Assembly: GCA_951406725.2 (NCBI GenBank)
Contig: OX597826.1
Coordinates: 25,172,001-25,236,000, forward strand
From: Octopus vulgaris
Taxonomy: Eukaryota
Direction: 5' to 3'
DNA length: 64,000 bases
Position numbers and translations under genes: made by a program. Below are positions 41,641 through 55,390 of this stretch, piece by piece (position 1 is the first letter of the stretch; the number at the start of each line of letters is the position of its first letter). The notes beneath the pieces were generated by a model that made no database searches, was not told the DNA's origin, and saw nothing but the letters and a program-made list of their open reading frames with translations.

Positions 41641-41824
41641 AATCATGGGATACTTATTGATCAGACCTCATATGTTGCGAAATGTACATTGAACTCACAC
41701 AAAACAATTAAGTCTTAAATATAGGAGGTGGGGTGGGGGGAGAAAAGATGATTACAGCTGAGAAGCCTTTAATTAAAGATGTGCTCGATGAAAGCTGACC
41801 TGGGGTTAAACAATTACAACTTAC

Positions 41825-41907
41825 TTGCATGGAAGAATCCTAATGACATCAGAAGGTTTGTAGCCCTCAATACAGACTGCACATTGGTCATAATCTGATT
41901 CCAGTTC
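41825..41907 (-). CDS. Goliath-family RING-H2 E3 ligase (RNF130/149/150-like), exon encoding the first half of the RING
   Basis: Minus strand ttttttctgtctttacag|GAACTG...TGCAA|gtaagt; 83 bp, phase 0 to 2; translates [27 protein letters not shown](K), which matches the Goliath RING start ([19 protein letters not shown]). Not in the ORF track. Confidence 0.95.
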
Positions 41908-41999
41908 CTGTAAAGACAGAAAAAAAATGTAATTAAAATGTTACAGAATTTCAGGTGTAAATATAAAAAAATTATTGAAGCCTGTTATAAACCCTCTTG

Positions 42000-42953
42000 A
42001 TATTTCCCTTAGCGTTATGACACAAGAAACAATCGCACCAAAATTGACAAAGAACTAAAGAGAAAAACAGGTCAACCTGCGCTCTATGACACAATCACCA
42101 CCACCATCAAAATCAGCAAAATGCAAAAGAAAAAAAATATCAGGTCACCCTGACTCTATGACACCCCCCACCCACCAAATTAGTTAAGAAAAAATTTAAA
42201 AAATACAAAACTTTAAAAAAAATTTTCCGGGACGTCCTACGTCCCAGATATAAAGGTAAAAATAAAATATTTCCACTTTGCAAGTTCGAGTTGAGTACTC
42301 CCTTGCACGCTCTGTTGACTCAAACCTTGCTTCTATTGTGGCGAATTTACCGCCTCTGATTAGATATCTTTCATAGTCGCACCAAGAAACTTTTCGAAGG
42401 TGCTTTCCTCCATGTGTTCAAATCTTTTTTCTCTACATTGTATACTTTATAGACAATAGTCTTTTCTTTAATTTAATTTTTTATTATCCATCTGGACTAT
42501 TCCATTTCCGCACACTAATTTTATTTTTAATTTATTCCCATTCATGTGAAACCACTTCTTCAAGTTCAAGTCATTGATACAATTTTATACCAATTGCTAT
42601 TTTTACTTTTGTTATGTAATGATTATATTATACTTTAGTTTGATTTTAATTATTACTTACTACATATAATTCAATTGTTATTATTATTTTTATTGTTAAA
42701 GTGAAAGCATCTAACATAAAATGGAGAAATATTTTTGTTTCACTTTAACACGTAATACTGAAATAGTGGAGAAGATATGATATTGCTATGGGCTCGCTCT
42801 AGGCAAGCAGTAGAACATTTTTTTTTTGCCGATGACACTCCCCGGACCCTAAGTAAGGCATGTGTAAAATTTGAATGAAATTGGTTGTGTAGTTCTCAAG
42901 TTTTAGGGAAACACACAGACAGACAGACATTCTCAGTTTTATATATATAAAGA
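42000..42953 (-). mobile_element. Probable Helitron-like fragment (5' TC end at 42953)
   Basis: Ends cagacagacattctcagttttatatatataaaga|t like the two complete Helitrons; internal repeats caggtca.cctg..ctctatgacac; the CTAG end was not found, so the left boundary is uncertain. Confidence 0.5.
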
Positions 42954-42959
42954 TATATA

Positions 42960-43116
42960 CGATGGGCTTCTTTCAGTTTCTTACTACTAAATCCACTCAC
43001 AAGGCTTTGGTCAGCCTGAGGTTATAGCAGAAGACACTTGCCCAAGGTGCCACACAGTGGGACTGAACTCAGAACCATGTGGTTGGTAAGCAAGCTACTT
43101 ACCACACAGCCACTCC
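42960..43116 (-). mobile_element. SINE family A 5' half
   Basis: aagacacttgcccaaggtgcc...cttaccacacagccactcc. Confidence 0.88.
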
Positions 43117-43347
43117 ATTTGTCAATATATCTCTAGTAGTTTGGTATATATGAAAATGAAGTAGTATCCATGTATATGTGAGGAGACAGCTGCATGATCA
43201 CAATGATGTGGATTCAGCTCCTAAACAAAGCACTTCATTTCATATTGTTCACATTCTACTCAGCTGTCAACAAGCACTAGCAGTGAGTTTTAATGCAGCT
43301 CTCTGTCATTGCAGCTATCACACCCTGGATGTGTAGTCAGGTTAAAG

Positions 43348-43612
43348 CAGTGGTTCCTAAACCCCCCCCCTTTTTTTTCATTTACCTACGGACCCCTTTG
43401 ATTCTCATTTTACACAGGTGGACCCTCATGGCCATTCTATATTTTAAAAAAATTCCATATTTTTAGAATTAAATATTAATAGAAATTGTATAAACAAATT
43501 AATATATTTTGTGTATTGTACAAGTATAACCGATTTATTACACGTAAATTTTAGCAACAAAATCTTATATGGCCTCCACAAGGGTCATATGAACCCCAGT
43601 TGTAAATTAACG
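43348..43612. mobile_element. hAT-type MITE
   Basis: Starts CAGTGGTTC; 8-bp TSD ggttaaag at 43340-43347 and 43613-43620; right TIR decayed. Confidence 0.7.
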
Positions 43613-44210
43613 GGTTAAAGGGTGTGAAAATCAAGAGAACGTCTCTGTATGCTTGTGATTACACAGGCACTTAAAACAATAACTGAAAACATGGTACAAG
43701 CTACCAAGGCATTCTCATTCACAAGTGACAGCTGAATCTTTTATTACAAGTAGTCCTTGAGATTTATTCGTTGCGCTTCTATCTAGTTGTGTACCTGTAA
43801 AACAGGAAGTCTAAGGTTTGTCCAAGTGACAAACATAAACACAAACATATATATTGCCATCATTGATGGCAATGGTAGTGTCATCCGCATCATTTTCATC
43901 ATCATTTAATGTTCACGTTTCCATACTTGCATGGGTCCAGCAGAGTTTATTGAGGCAGATTTTCTAAGGTTAGGTGCTCTTCCTGGTGTCAACCCCTACC
44001 TGTTTCCAAGCAAATACTTTCCAATAGCCAGACATATTTTCGCAAAATATTGGAAATGAAGGACATTCGTTTACAAGCGGACACAAACATACTCATACAT
44101 ACATATACAAACATATATATACACATACATATATGCACACATATATATACATATATGTACATATGTACATATATATGTATATATACATGTATATGTGTGT
44201 ATATATTTTA

Positions 44211-44290
44211 CTGGGGAAGGTCAGTTTATGGGGTTACCCTGGATTTCCTGTCCATAACCCAGGGTAACCCCATAAACTGGCCTTCCCCAG
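44211..44290. mobile_element. 80-bp TA-flanked fold-back (minimal Tc1/mariner-like MITE)
   Basis: TA|CTGGGGAAGGTCAGTTTATGGGGTTACCCTGG...CCAGGGTAACCCCATAAACTGGCCTTCCCCAG|TA. Confidence 0.7.
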
Positions 44291-44527
44291 TAAAAAACAT
44301 TAATTGCTCTACGGCTAAGAGTGTGCTTCTTCTCAGGATTTATGTTTTCTAAAAACGATATATATATATATCCATCTGTTCTAATTTAATTAAACTCTAT
44401 GTCTTTGTGCAGCTGAAAATTTCTCTGCATTTTAAATTGATGTAATGATTGCATTGTTCAATTAAATGGAGTTGCATGAAATGATCATACTGTATTACCT
44501 CTGGATATCCTTGTTGCTTATTTTGAT

Positions 44528-44576
<49 letters not shown>

Positions 44577-46034
44577 GAGGGTGAAAAATTTGATATTAAT
44601 TTAACTCTCTTATAATTTCTGTATATATATATATATATATGGCACATAAAAAACACCCACGGAGTGGTTGGCGTTAAGAAGGGCATCCAGCTGTAGAAAC
44701 ACTGTGCCAGATCAGACTGGAGCCTGGTGCAGCCTCCTGGCTTCCCAGACCCCGGTTGAACTGTCCAACCCATGCTACCATAGAAAACGGATGATAAACG
44801 ATGATGATGATGATGTATTCATACAGCAGGGTTCTAGCTCCTGTCTACCAAATTAACCTCGCAAGGTTTTGGTCAACCTGAGCCTATAACAGCAGAAGAC
44901 ACTTGCCTCAAGATTCTGCACAATGGGACTGAACCTGAAACCATGTGGTTGAGAAACAAGCTTCTTTCTCAACTACACAGTGCCATGATTTGCAAACTAG
45001 TAACCTTTCTGCCATACTAAACTAAGATCAGTAACACCTTTATCCGTTACATGACTAGAATATAAAGAATAATTATTGCTACCATTTCAGGTTATTGAAA
45101 TTTTATCTTTCAAGTTGGCAGCCATATTGTGCTGATGTCATCACTAGGTTTAATGACTTTATTAGCAAGCACTAGAAGTACACTGTCTTTGATTTTTCTG
45201 AAATTCCACTGTAGTTCATTATCTATAATGGATATTGAATTCAATAGCAGTATATGTTTTCCATTATCACAGAATATATTCTCAGCTATTTCATTTAATT
45301 TGTAGATTTGTTCGTGTGTACTCTTTGTATTTTTTGGATATTTGGTTTTTGTTATCGTTTTAATATTCCCTTCTTTGTGCTAATGTAGATGAGAGAATTT
45401 TTTTTTTTTTTAAATTTAGATATTTGGAGTATAATGCCTGCAAGTAAGAGAACTAAAAGCCATATGGCTGTGTGGTTGAGAAGTTTGCTTTCCAACCAAA
45501 TGGTTTTGAGTTCAGTCTTACAGTGTGGTACAGAACAATGCAGTAGGTTATAGAAAATTATATAGTGTATATAGAGAACTGTGGAGGTACGGTGCATGGC
45601 ACGGTGGTTAGAGTGTCAGGCTCACAATCATGAGGTAGTGAGTTTCATTCTTGGATTGGGTTATGTGTTGTATTCTTGAGCAAGATACTTTATTTCACAT
45701 TGCTCCAGTTCACTCATCTGTAGAAACGAGTTGCGACGTCACTGGTGCCAAGCTGTATCTGCCTTTGCCTTTCTCTTGCGTAACATCAGTGGCGTGAAGA
45801 AGGAAGGTTGGTATGCATGGGTGACTGCTGGTCTTCCATAAACAACCTTGCTCAGACTCGTGCCTTGGAAGGGAACTTTCTAGGTGCAATCTCATGGTCA
45901 TTTGTGACTGAAGAGGGTCTTTATTCTTTTACCCTTTATATAGAGAACTAACTATACACTGGTGTTGGGTATGTTAAGAACTACAACAGAGAGGTATGTA
46001 GAGCAACACACAGAAATACATAATGAAATACAAC

Positions 46035-46830
46035 TTTTGTACTCCAGGTACAAGGCCCGAAACTTTTGTGGGGGGGGGTCCAGTTGATTAGATTAATCCC
46101 AGTATGCAACTGATGCTTAGTTTATGTAATCTATTGACCCTGCAAAGATGAAAAGCAAAGTCAACCTGACCAGAATTTGAACTCAGAATGTAAAGCTAGA
46201 CAAAATGCCACTAAGCATTTTGCTAATAATCCTTTCTACTCTAGGCACAAGGCCTGAAATTTTGGGTACTTATTTTATTGGCCCTGGAAAGATGAAAAGC
46301 AAAGCTGACCTTGAGGGAATTTGAACTTGGAACATGAAGAGAGATGAAATGCTGCTAAGCATTCTGTCTGGCATGCTAACAATTCTGCCAGCTCACTGCC
46401 TTAACAACAACAACAAAAACTTTGATAATAATCCTTTCTATTAAAGGCACAAGACTTGAAATGTTGGGGGATGAGGCTAGTCAATTACATCAACCCCAGT
46501 GTTTCACTGGTACTTAATTTATTGACCCCAAAAAGATGAAAGACAAAGTCAACCTCGGCGGAATTTGAACTCAGAATGTAGTGACGGGCAAAATACCACC
46601 AAGTATTTTGTCCAGTATGCTAATGATTCTGCCAGCTGGCCACCTTTAATAATAATAATTTCTATAATAGACATATTCCTGAAATTTTGCAGGGTTGATT
46701 GGGACTTGTTTTATCAACCTTGAAAAGATGAAAGGCTGATAAAATAAACCTTGGTGGAAATTGAACTCAGAACATTAGGGTTAGGGCTGCAGTGAAGCAT
46801 TTTGTCCAGCATGCTAATGATTCTGCCAGT
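46035..46830 (-). mobile_element. Head-to-tail array of ~4 SINE family B copies
   Basis: Repeated aagatgaaa.gcaaag...gaatttgaactcagaa units separated by taataat. Confidence 0.85.
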
Positions 46831-47059
46831 TTGTAGCTGGCAGCTCCCTAGAGATGGCATCTCAAAAAAAAAACACACCAATGATTGTGACACCTCAACA
46901 TCATGTCCTCTGTATGAATGAAATGCTGAATAAAAAGTATTATCAGAACTGTATTCAGGAGACTAGATCCCCTGGTAAAGTAAAGGTTTCTTACACAGCA
47001 AGTATCCCACTAGGCAGCAGGGAAGGGCTTGATCATAATCCAAAAACTACTGCAAAGAT

Positions 47060-47345
47060 TAGGAGCAAATAAAGACAGAACTTTGATGGAATGTTATCAC
47101 ATAAGCGAGCCTAACAAAGTAGGTACTGGTAGAGGGTGTATAAAATGTGGATAGAGAAATCGGTGCTCTTGGCACAACACCCAAGCTGTTATCTAAGAGG
47201 CTGAAGGATATTGGAGTTGTGACTTGCATTGTTGACCCATAAAAAAAGTGCAACCCTGCATTCTGCAAGAATCCTATGGAAGTTTTTCATGATTTGAAGA
47301 AACTCGTTGTCATCGAACCTCAAAACATCATCTCTGAGAATGAAT
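47060..47345 (+). mobile_element. RLE-type (R4/NeSL/CRE-like) non-LTR retrotransposon C-terminal relic
   Basis: IGALGTTPKLLSKRLKDIG...KSATLHSARIL matches the VIGALG...LQKxxxLxSARILR tail of RLE elements. Confidence 0.7.
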
Positions 47346-47754
47346 ACAACCTGAAATACTTACAACAACAACGATAATGATTTCAAATTTTGGTACAAGA
47401 CCAGCAATTTTGTGGGAGGGGGTAAGTTGATTACACTGATCCTAGGACTCAAATGGTGCCTATCTTATCGACCCTGAAAGGACGAAAGGTATTGTGGAAC
47501 TTGAACTCAGAATGGAAAGACAGACAAAATGCTGCAAAGCATTTTACTCAGCGTGCTAAAGATTGTCAGCTTGCCACAATGATAATAACAACAACCACAA
47601 CAACAACAATAATCATAATCAAGAAAAAGTCAAAATGAATCCAGTAAACTTATGTGTGCATGTATGTGTGAGTGTTTGAGAACAGTGTACAAGAACAGAC
47701 ATCAAATGTAAACAGATACACACATCTATCCAGTTTCTCTACTTTCACTCTCTT

Positions 47755-47785
<31 letters not shown>

Positions 47786-47990
47786 TACATTCCTACATCC
47801 ACATGCACACACACACACACACACACGCTCACATCTACACACACACATTTTTATATAGATACGCAAAATCCAAATGTCCAGCCTTATGAATTCACACATT
47901 CCATTGCATCCATGCAACGAAAACCACACACCACTTACATATACAAACACATAGGCAAACACACAAACATGTACATACATACAGACACTC

Positions 47991-48054
<64 letters not shown>

Positions 48055-50104
48055 TTATGTATGTTACATACATGTACTAGTAAACATACATACACACAAC
48101 TAAACCAACACAAATGAACAACTATTCCACCCACACACAAACACATAATGTACACACATTCATACACACACACACAAGCATATATTATACATACACATAT
48201 ATTTAAGCACATTTATATATATATACAAATGTACACAAATAAGGTATATACATACAACACAAATACACACTGTGTATACATTCACAAATAGATATACGCA
48301 CACAAGTACTTGTGCACAAAGTTTACACATACATACATACATACATACATACACACACACACATGCACATAGCATACACATACAAAAAAGTACTGGTGCA
48401 CATAATGCACATGCTCACAAATACATATACACACACACACACATACCATATTCACATGTGTACATATGGAAAAACAGACATGCACACAAACACACATGTG
48501 CAGACAGACACACACACATATGTACAGATAATTACCAAAGTGAGTGCCAACTGCTTCTAACTACGATGCTGTCACATCAAAACAATCAACCCCACCCCCC
48601 ATCGATACTGCCGCTGCCGCCGCCACCGCCGCCACCGCCACCACCACCACCACCACCACAGTTGGTCAGTGGAAATGGATATGTCTTACAGAAGGAATCA
48701 ATTTCCAAACTGCTGCAGCAACAGGGGAATACTGCACGGGTGTATGGGGTGGGAGATGTGGAAAGTTGGTGGAGGAGGGTGGGGTGGGGGCAGAGCACCG
48801 GTTGGGGGAAGGAAGGGGAGAGTAAATGGCTCAAACTGTGTGAGATTATTGTTGCTTTTGTTTAGCACATCCCCCACCATCCACTTTGATAGAGGAGACT
48901 TATGATTAAAACTGCTCCAGATATGGCCATTCCAAATGGTATTTAAATTGTAGCTGTACTTTGAGTGACATTATCTAATGAATGTGTCCATTGCCTTGCT
49001 ACATTTTGTGAGGTTTAAAAGTGATTTGGCTGCTATTTCTAACAAGTCAGATGACCACATAAAGGCTTTGTGTTGCATGACCTTGTTGTTTAGCCCCAGG
49101 TCAGCCCTCAAAGAGACCTATGATCTCAGGTTTCCAAGTCATAACCACTTCATGACAGTTTTTCTATTTTTTTTCTTTTGGCAAACTGCATATAACGGCC
49201 ATACTGGAGCACTGCCTTGTTGGGTTTTGTCAAATAAATCATATCCAAAATCTATTTAAGCTCTTGACAACTGGTGTTGGTTTGTTTACATCTCTGTAAC
49301 AGCAGTTTGGCAAAAAGAAGAGATAGAACAAGTGTTCTATCTCTTCTTTATGCCAAACTGCTGTTACAGAGGTGTAAACAAAACAACACCAGTTGTCAAG
49401 CAGCATGGGAACAAATACAAAAACATGCACACATGAGGCTTTGACACAGTGTCCATCAAACAGATCCATTCACAAGGCTTTGGTCAACCCAGGGCTACAG
49501 TGGAAGGCACTTGCACAAGGTGCATACAGTAAAACTGAACCAGGAACCCTATCATTACAAAGTAAGCTTCTTAACTATGCCATCATACTTTGACTTCTCT
49601 CTCTTTTTTTAACAACATAAGGTGTGGCTTGAAGCAATTTGGCTGCTGTTTCTAGCAGGCTGAAAACCACAAAGATGTTCCTTTGCTACATGACTTTGCT
49701 GTAACAGTAGTTCCAATCACGTAGTTCTGTAACAGATTGGTTCCAATCAAGCAGGCGTAGGATCAAGACACCATTCTGTTTCATTATTCAGACATAGTGC
49801 ATCTAGGACTACATTATCCAATGTGTAATTACATCTGCCTGTATGTGTACCTACCTGAGCAGACTTGTGTGTTTGCATGTCTATGAGTGTGCCTATCTAT
49901 GTGTATGTGTGTGTGTGCATGTATGTGAAAATGTTTGTATATTTACATATGAATGCATGCGTACAGATGTGTGTGAGAAAATGTTTGTGTATGTATGTAT
50001 GCAAAAAGGTTTGAGTATATGTATATAGATGTACACATGTATGTTTGAATATGCTCGTCTGCATGTGTCTGGCTGTCTATATATATATGCATGTCTGTAT
50101 GTGT

Positions 50105-50834
50105 AGGAGTGGCTGTGTGGTAAGTAGCTTGCTTACCAACCACATGGTTCCGGGTTCAGTCCCACTGCGTGGCATCTTGAGCAAGTGTCTTTTACTATAG
50201 TCTCGGGCTGACCAAAGCCTTGTGAGTGGATTTGGTACACAGAAACTGAAAGAAGCCTGTTGTATATACCTATATCTATATATAAATATATGTGTGTGTA
50301 TACGTTTGTGTGTCTGTATTTGTCCCCTGAACATCGCTTGACAACCGATGCTGCTGTGTTTACGTCCCCGTAACTTAGTGGTTCGGCAAAAGAGACCAAT
50401 AGAATAAGTACTAGGTTTACAAAGAATAAGTCCTGGGGTCGATTTGCTCAACTAAAGGCAGTGCTCCAGCATGGCCACAGTCAAATGACTGAAACAAGTA
50501 AAAGAGTGAAAGAGTGTACATATCTTTGTGTATGCATATATGAATGATGTATGTTTGTGTGAAAATGCTTGCATTTTTATATGTGGATGCATTCATGCAA
50601 ATCTGTTCAAGTTTGTGTGTGTACACATGTATGCATATATGTGTATGTGTGGATGTTTGCAGCTGTATGTACGTCTCTGCATATGCCTTCATACATCTAT
50701 ACGTATGATTTATGACTATGTGTATAACCATCTATGCCTGTCAGTGTGTGTGTATGTGAATGTTTGTATATGCCAGCCTATATGCGTATCTGTGTTAGGA
50801 TATATATGTTTGTCTTTGTATCTATATTAGTAGG

Positions 50835-50874
<40 letters not shown>

Positions 50875-51741
50875 CACTGGAGTGGCTGTGAGGTAAGTAG
50901 CTTGTTTACCAACCACATAGTTCCAGGTTCAATCCCACAGTGTAGCACCTTGGGTAAGTGTCTTCTACTATAGCCTTGGGCCGACCAAAGCACTGTGAGT
51001 GGATTTGTTAGACGGAAACTGAAAGAAGCCCGTTGTATATATGTGTGCGTGTGTATGTTTGTCCCCCACCCCAACATCGCTTGACAACTGATGCTAGTGT
51101 GTTTATGTCCCCGTAACTTAGCGGTTCGGCAAAAGAGACTGAAAATAAGTACAAGGCTTACAAAGAATAAGTGCTGGGGTCGATTTGCTCAAGTAAAGGC
51201 AGTGCTCCAGCACAGCTGCAGTCAAATGACTGAAACAAGTAAAAGAATATATATATGTTTCTGTGTATGCATATATCTGTGTATGCATATATTTGCATGT
51301 GTACATATGTCTGTATACACCTGTATATGTCTGTCTATATCTATGTGTGTGTGTGCATGCATGTGAGACTATGTATATGATGCACGATTATATGTCTATG
51401 TGTGTGTGTGTATGAATGTTCGTGCTTGTATTTCTCTGTGTATGTCTGTCTATATCTGTGTGTATGTATATTATTACAGAAACCATACTCCATGCTGCAA
51501 TCCAGTTTGTTTTGTCTATCACAGTGACTCACAAAGAACACACAGCAAAGGTTTCTCTTACCATTCCCAATTAAGCATTATTCATGCTTCAATTTACATA
51601 CATATACATACATTATATTTTAAGTGTGTATGTATACACACATATACATACATATACCTACATGCATACAGACATACACAACTACACACATACAAGCATA
51701 CATACCTATGCTCACACACACACATATAAATACTATATATT

Positions 51742-51786
<45 letters not shown>

Positions 51787-51948
51787 TCATACATACATAT
51801 ATATAGGCGCTGGAGTGGCTGTGTGGTAAGTAGCTTGCTTACCAACCACATGGTTTTGGGTTCAGTCCCACTGTGTGGTACCTTGGGCAAGTGTCTTCTA
51901 CTATAGCCTCGGGCCGACCAAAGCCTTGTGAGTGGATTTGGTAGACTT

Positions 51949-51991
<43 letters not shown>

Positions 51992-52200
51992 GTATGTGTG
52001 TGTTTGTCCCCCCAACATGGCTTGACAACTGATGGTGTTGTGTTTACGTCCCCGTAATTTAGAGGTTCAGCAAAAGAGACCGATAGAATAAGTACTAGGC
52101 TTACAAAGAATAAGTCCTGGGGTCGATTTGCTCAACTAAAAGTGGTGCTCTAGCATGGCCACAGTCAAATGACTGAAACAAGTAAAAGAGTAAAGAGTAA
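50105..52200 (+). mobile_element. Three co-oriented full-length SINE family A copies (~50105-50510, ~50875-51245, ~51806-52200)
   Basis: Each has the ggagtggctgtg.ggtaagtagc head and the aaacaagtaaaaga tail; embedded in TG/TA-rich DNA. Confidence 0.9.
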
Positions 52201-52413
52201 GACTACATGCATCCATTCACACACATGCACATGCACACACATATATCAGGATTAAAGACATATGACTGAGGTAGTGGCATTGATGCAGTTATAATTAGCA
52301 AAAGTGAATGACTGGAAAATGTTATACATAATCATATCTGTGTTATACATCTTTAACATGCACACACATGCATTAGTATACACACACACACACACATCTA
52401 TATTGCTACACAA

Positions 52414-52453
<40 letters not shown>

Positions 52454-53054
52454 TATATATATGTATACACATACAAACATATGTACATTGTGTGTCTATG
52501 TGATGTGAATATGTGTATATATTATATATACATACATGTGAAGGCAAACTAGCAGATATATGTACATACATACATATATATATATATCACAGCCTACAAA
52601 CACACATATATATATATAAATACACACATGTATTACATATACTCACATACGCATATACACATATATGCGTGTGTGCGTTTGTGTGCAAATAGGTATATAT
52701 GTCTGCATGTGTATGTGTGTATTTATGTGTGTGTGTGTGCAAATATATCTCACCTTGGAAAACCCTGAAATGATGTGAATGAAAGCTATTTATCTTTAAC
52801 CAAGAATTCTTTACAGTTTTCTATCCTTCATGTCTACCACCTCTACTCACCCAACCCACCCCTAACACACACACACACACACACACACATACACCAACGC
52901 CATTGCTTGCCGCTCCACTAACTCTTGTTTCCCAACAGATAATGTATTTACAATATTTACTCTCTTACAATACTAATACCACTACTACTAACAGTAGGAG
53001 TATATAATAAAAGTTCTACAAGACAGAGAGAAAGAAAGACAGACAGACAGAGGC

Positions 53055-53089
<35 letters not shown>

Positions 53090-53294
53090 AAGAGAGAGAG
53101 AGAAAGAGAGAGAGAGAAATACAGACAGACAGAGGCAGAGGCACAGAGAGAGAGAGAGAGTGTGTGTGTCTGATGTTTAGTTTTGCAATTAGAAACTTAT
53201 ATACTAGCCATCTTAGCAATAATGACAACAATGAAAAGACCAGCAACAATATGAAACATAATAATGACACTACTACTACTACTACTACTACTAC

Positions 53295-53345
<51 letters not shown>

Positions 53346-53633
53346 CAGCAGCAGTAGTAGCACACTACTTTTACTCATGGTGATGAGAATAATACTAATA
53401 ACAATAATGATAATTCGTTGAAATTTAGGCATAAGGCCAGGAAATTTTGAGAAGTTGATTCCATTGACCCCAATACTTGACTGGTATTTTATTTTAGCAA
53501 CCTTGAAAGGATGAAAAACAAAGTTGACTTTGCTGGTATTTGAACTCAGAATGTAAAAGGTCAGAAGAAATGTCATTAAGGCATTTTGTCCAAAACACTA
53601 ATGATTCAGTGAACTTGCCACCTTAATAATAAT

Positions 53634-54115
53634 AAATCATACCTCCTTATTGATATGACTGTCTCAATCGATATAAACGTATCTATCAAGACCTACCAAA
53701 AACTGAGCAAATATAAAGATCTTGAAATAGAAATTAGCAAAATGTGGAACCTGAAGACTAAAACAATACCTGTTGTCATAAGTGCCCTAGGAATGATAGC
53801 AAAAGGGGTTGATTGCTACCTAGTTCAGATACCAGGAAACCCCAAAATGGCAGAAATTCAAAGGATAGTGCTCATGGGAACTGGCCATATCCTACATAAA
53901 ATACTTTCTATGTAATCTCAAATTTTAAAATAAATACATAATTTTCTTATGGTTTCTTAAACATTCTCAAGAACAACACTATGTGCAAAACCAAATATAT
54001 GGCACCCTAGGCATAACACCAACATGAACTTCCAACCTGTTGTCTCTTGAGGTCTCTGGGTGAAACTTGGAGCCAACTTGGAGTACAGATATAAAGCAAA
54101 AGTCAAACATAAAAT
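53634..54115 (+). mobile_element. 5'-truncated RLE-type (R4/Dong-like) non-LTR retrotransposon in (TAA)n
   Basis: LLIDMTVSID...KLSKYKDLEIEISKMWNLKTKTIPVVISALG...IQRIVLMGTGHIL is the RLE endonuclease C-terminus (ID...KxxKY...PVVxxALG); taataataa on both flanks. Confidence 0.85.
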
Positions 54116-54402
54116 AATAATAATCCTTTCTACTAGGCTCATGGGCCCGGTTTCCATGGCATATGTATTTCCCCAGCTGGATGGGACACCAGTCTATCGC
54201 AGCGTTGCTAAAGAAACAGGAAGAAAGAGTGAGAGAAAGTTGGGGTGAAAGTGTACAACAGGGGTCACCACCCACCCCCTGCTGGAGCTTTAGGTGTTTT
54301 CGCTCAATAAACACCTAAACAATGCCCGGTCTGGGAATCGAAACTGCGATCCTTTGACTGCGAGTCTGCTACCCTAACCACTGGGCCATTGCGCCTCCTA
54401 CC

Positions 54403-54445
<43 letters not shown>

Positions 54446-55390
54446 TATCAAATTTTGGCACAAGGCCAGCAATTTTAGAGGAGGGGTATGTCGATTAAAT
54501 CAACCTCAGTACTTGACTGATACTTATTGCATTGACCTTGGAAGGATGAAAGACAAAGTTGATCTCAGTGGTATTTGAACTCAGAATGTAAATTCCTGAA
54601 GAGATGCCTCCTTGTCCAATGAGTTAATGATTCTGCCAGTTCACTGCCATAATAATGATTGTTTCTAATCAAGTGCGTGGCCTAGTGGTTAGGCTGTCAC
54701 ACTGAAGATCGTTAGATTTTGGGTTTGATTCCTAGACTAGGTGGTACGTTGTATTCTTGAGCAAAACACTTCATTTCATATTGCTTCACTTCCTCTTTTG
54801 ATCAGTAGGGGGGGGGGAGTGGCCTGCTCACCTAGTCAGTGGGGTGGTGTCTTTTGAGGGCTAAAACGATGCAAAAAGCACATTGTGGCCAGCATCTGAT
54901 AGCGTGGCTGGTCATGTGATCATGTGGTGGAGGAGGAGAGTTAGTCATTTACAGCGACCCCCGCCCCACCACCCTCCAGAACTTGGTCGGTACCTAATTT
55001 TATTGACACCAGAGGAATGAAAGGCAAAGCTGACCTCAGCAAGATTTGAATTCAGAACATATGTCGGAAAAGATACGGCAAAGCATTCTGTTTGATGTGT
55101 TAACGATTCTGCCAATCAATCGCCTTTATAGCGATTCCCCATTTTGGCACACGGCCACCAATTTTGAGGGGAAGGTCAAGTCAATACCACCAATGCCAGA
55201 GATTGATTGGTATTTTATTTTATCAACCACAAGGGGACAACAGACAGACTTGACCTCCATCACAATGATGACGATGTGGAGATTTTGAAGAAGGAAAAAG
55301 CTAAACCACTACATAGCATTCTGAACTGTTAGAAATAGCAGCTAAATTCCATTCAAATCATGTCATACTACTCTTTATAATACTAATATA

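Noticed and set aside
43716-43794. Strong minus-strand acceptor cttcctgttttacag at 43795
   Set aside because: Stops within a few codons in phases 0 and 2, and no similarity to the expected RRLxxAAKKAI exon.
48272-48865. 197-aa ORF with poly-Pro
   Set aside because: Built from (CA)n and (CCG/CCA)n repeats; no domain and no convincing splice sites.
53016-53576. 186-aa ORF with a long Leu/Val run resembling a TM protein
   Set aside because: Translation of (TAG)/(TAC)/(GA) repeats plus a SINE.
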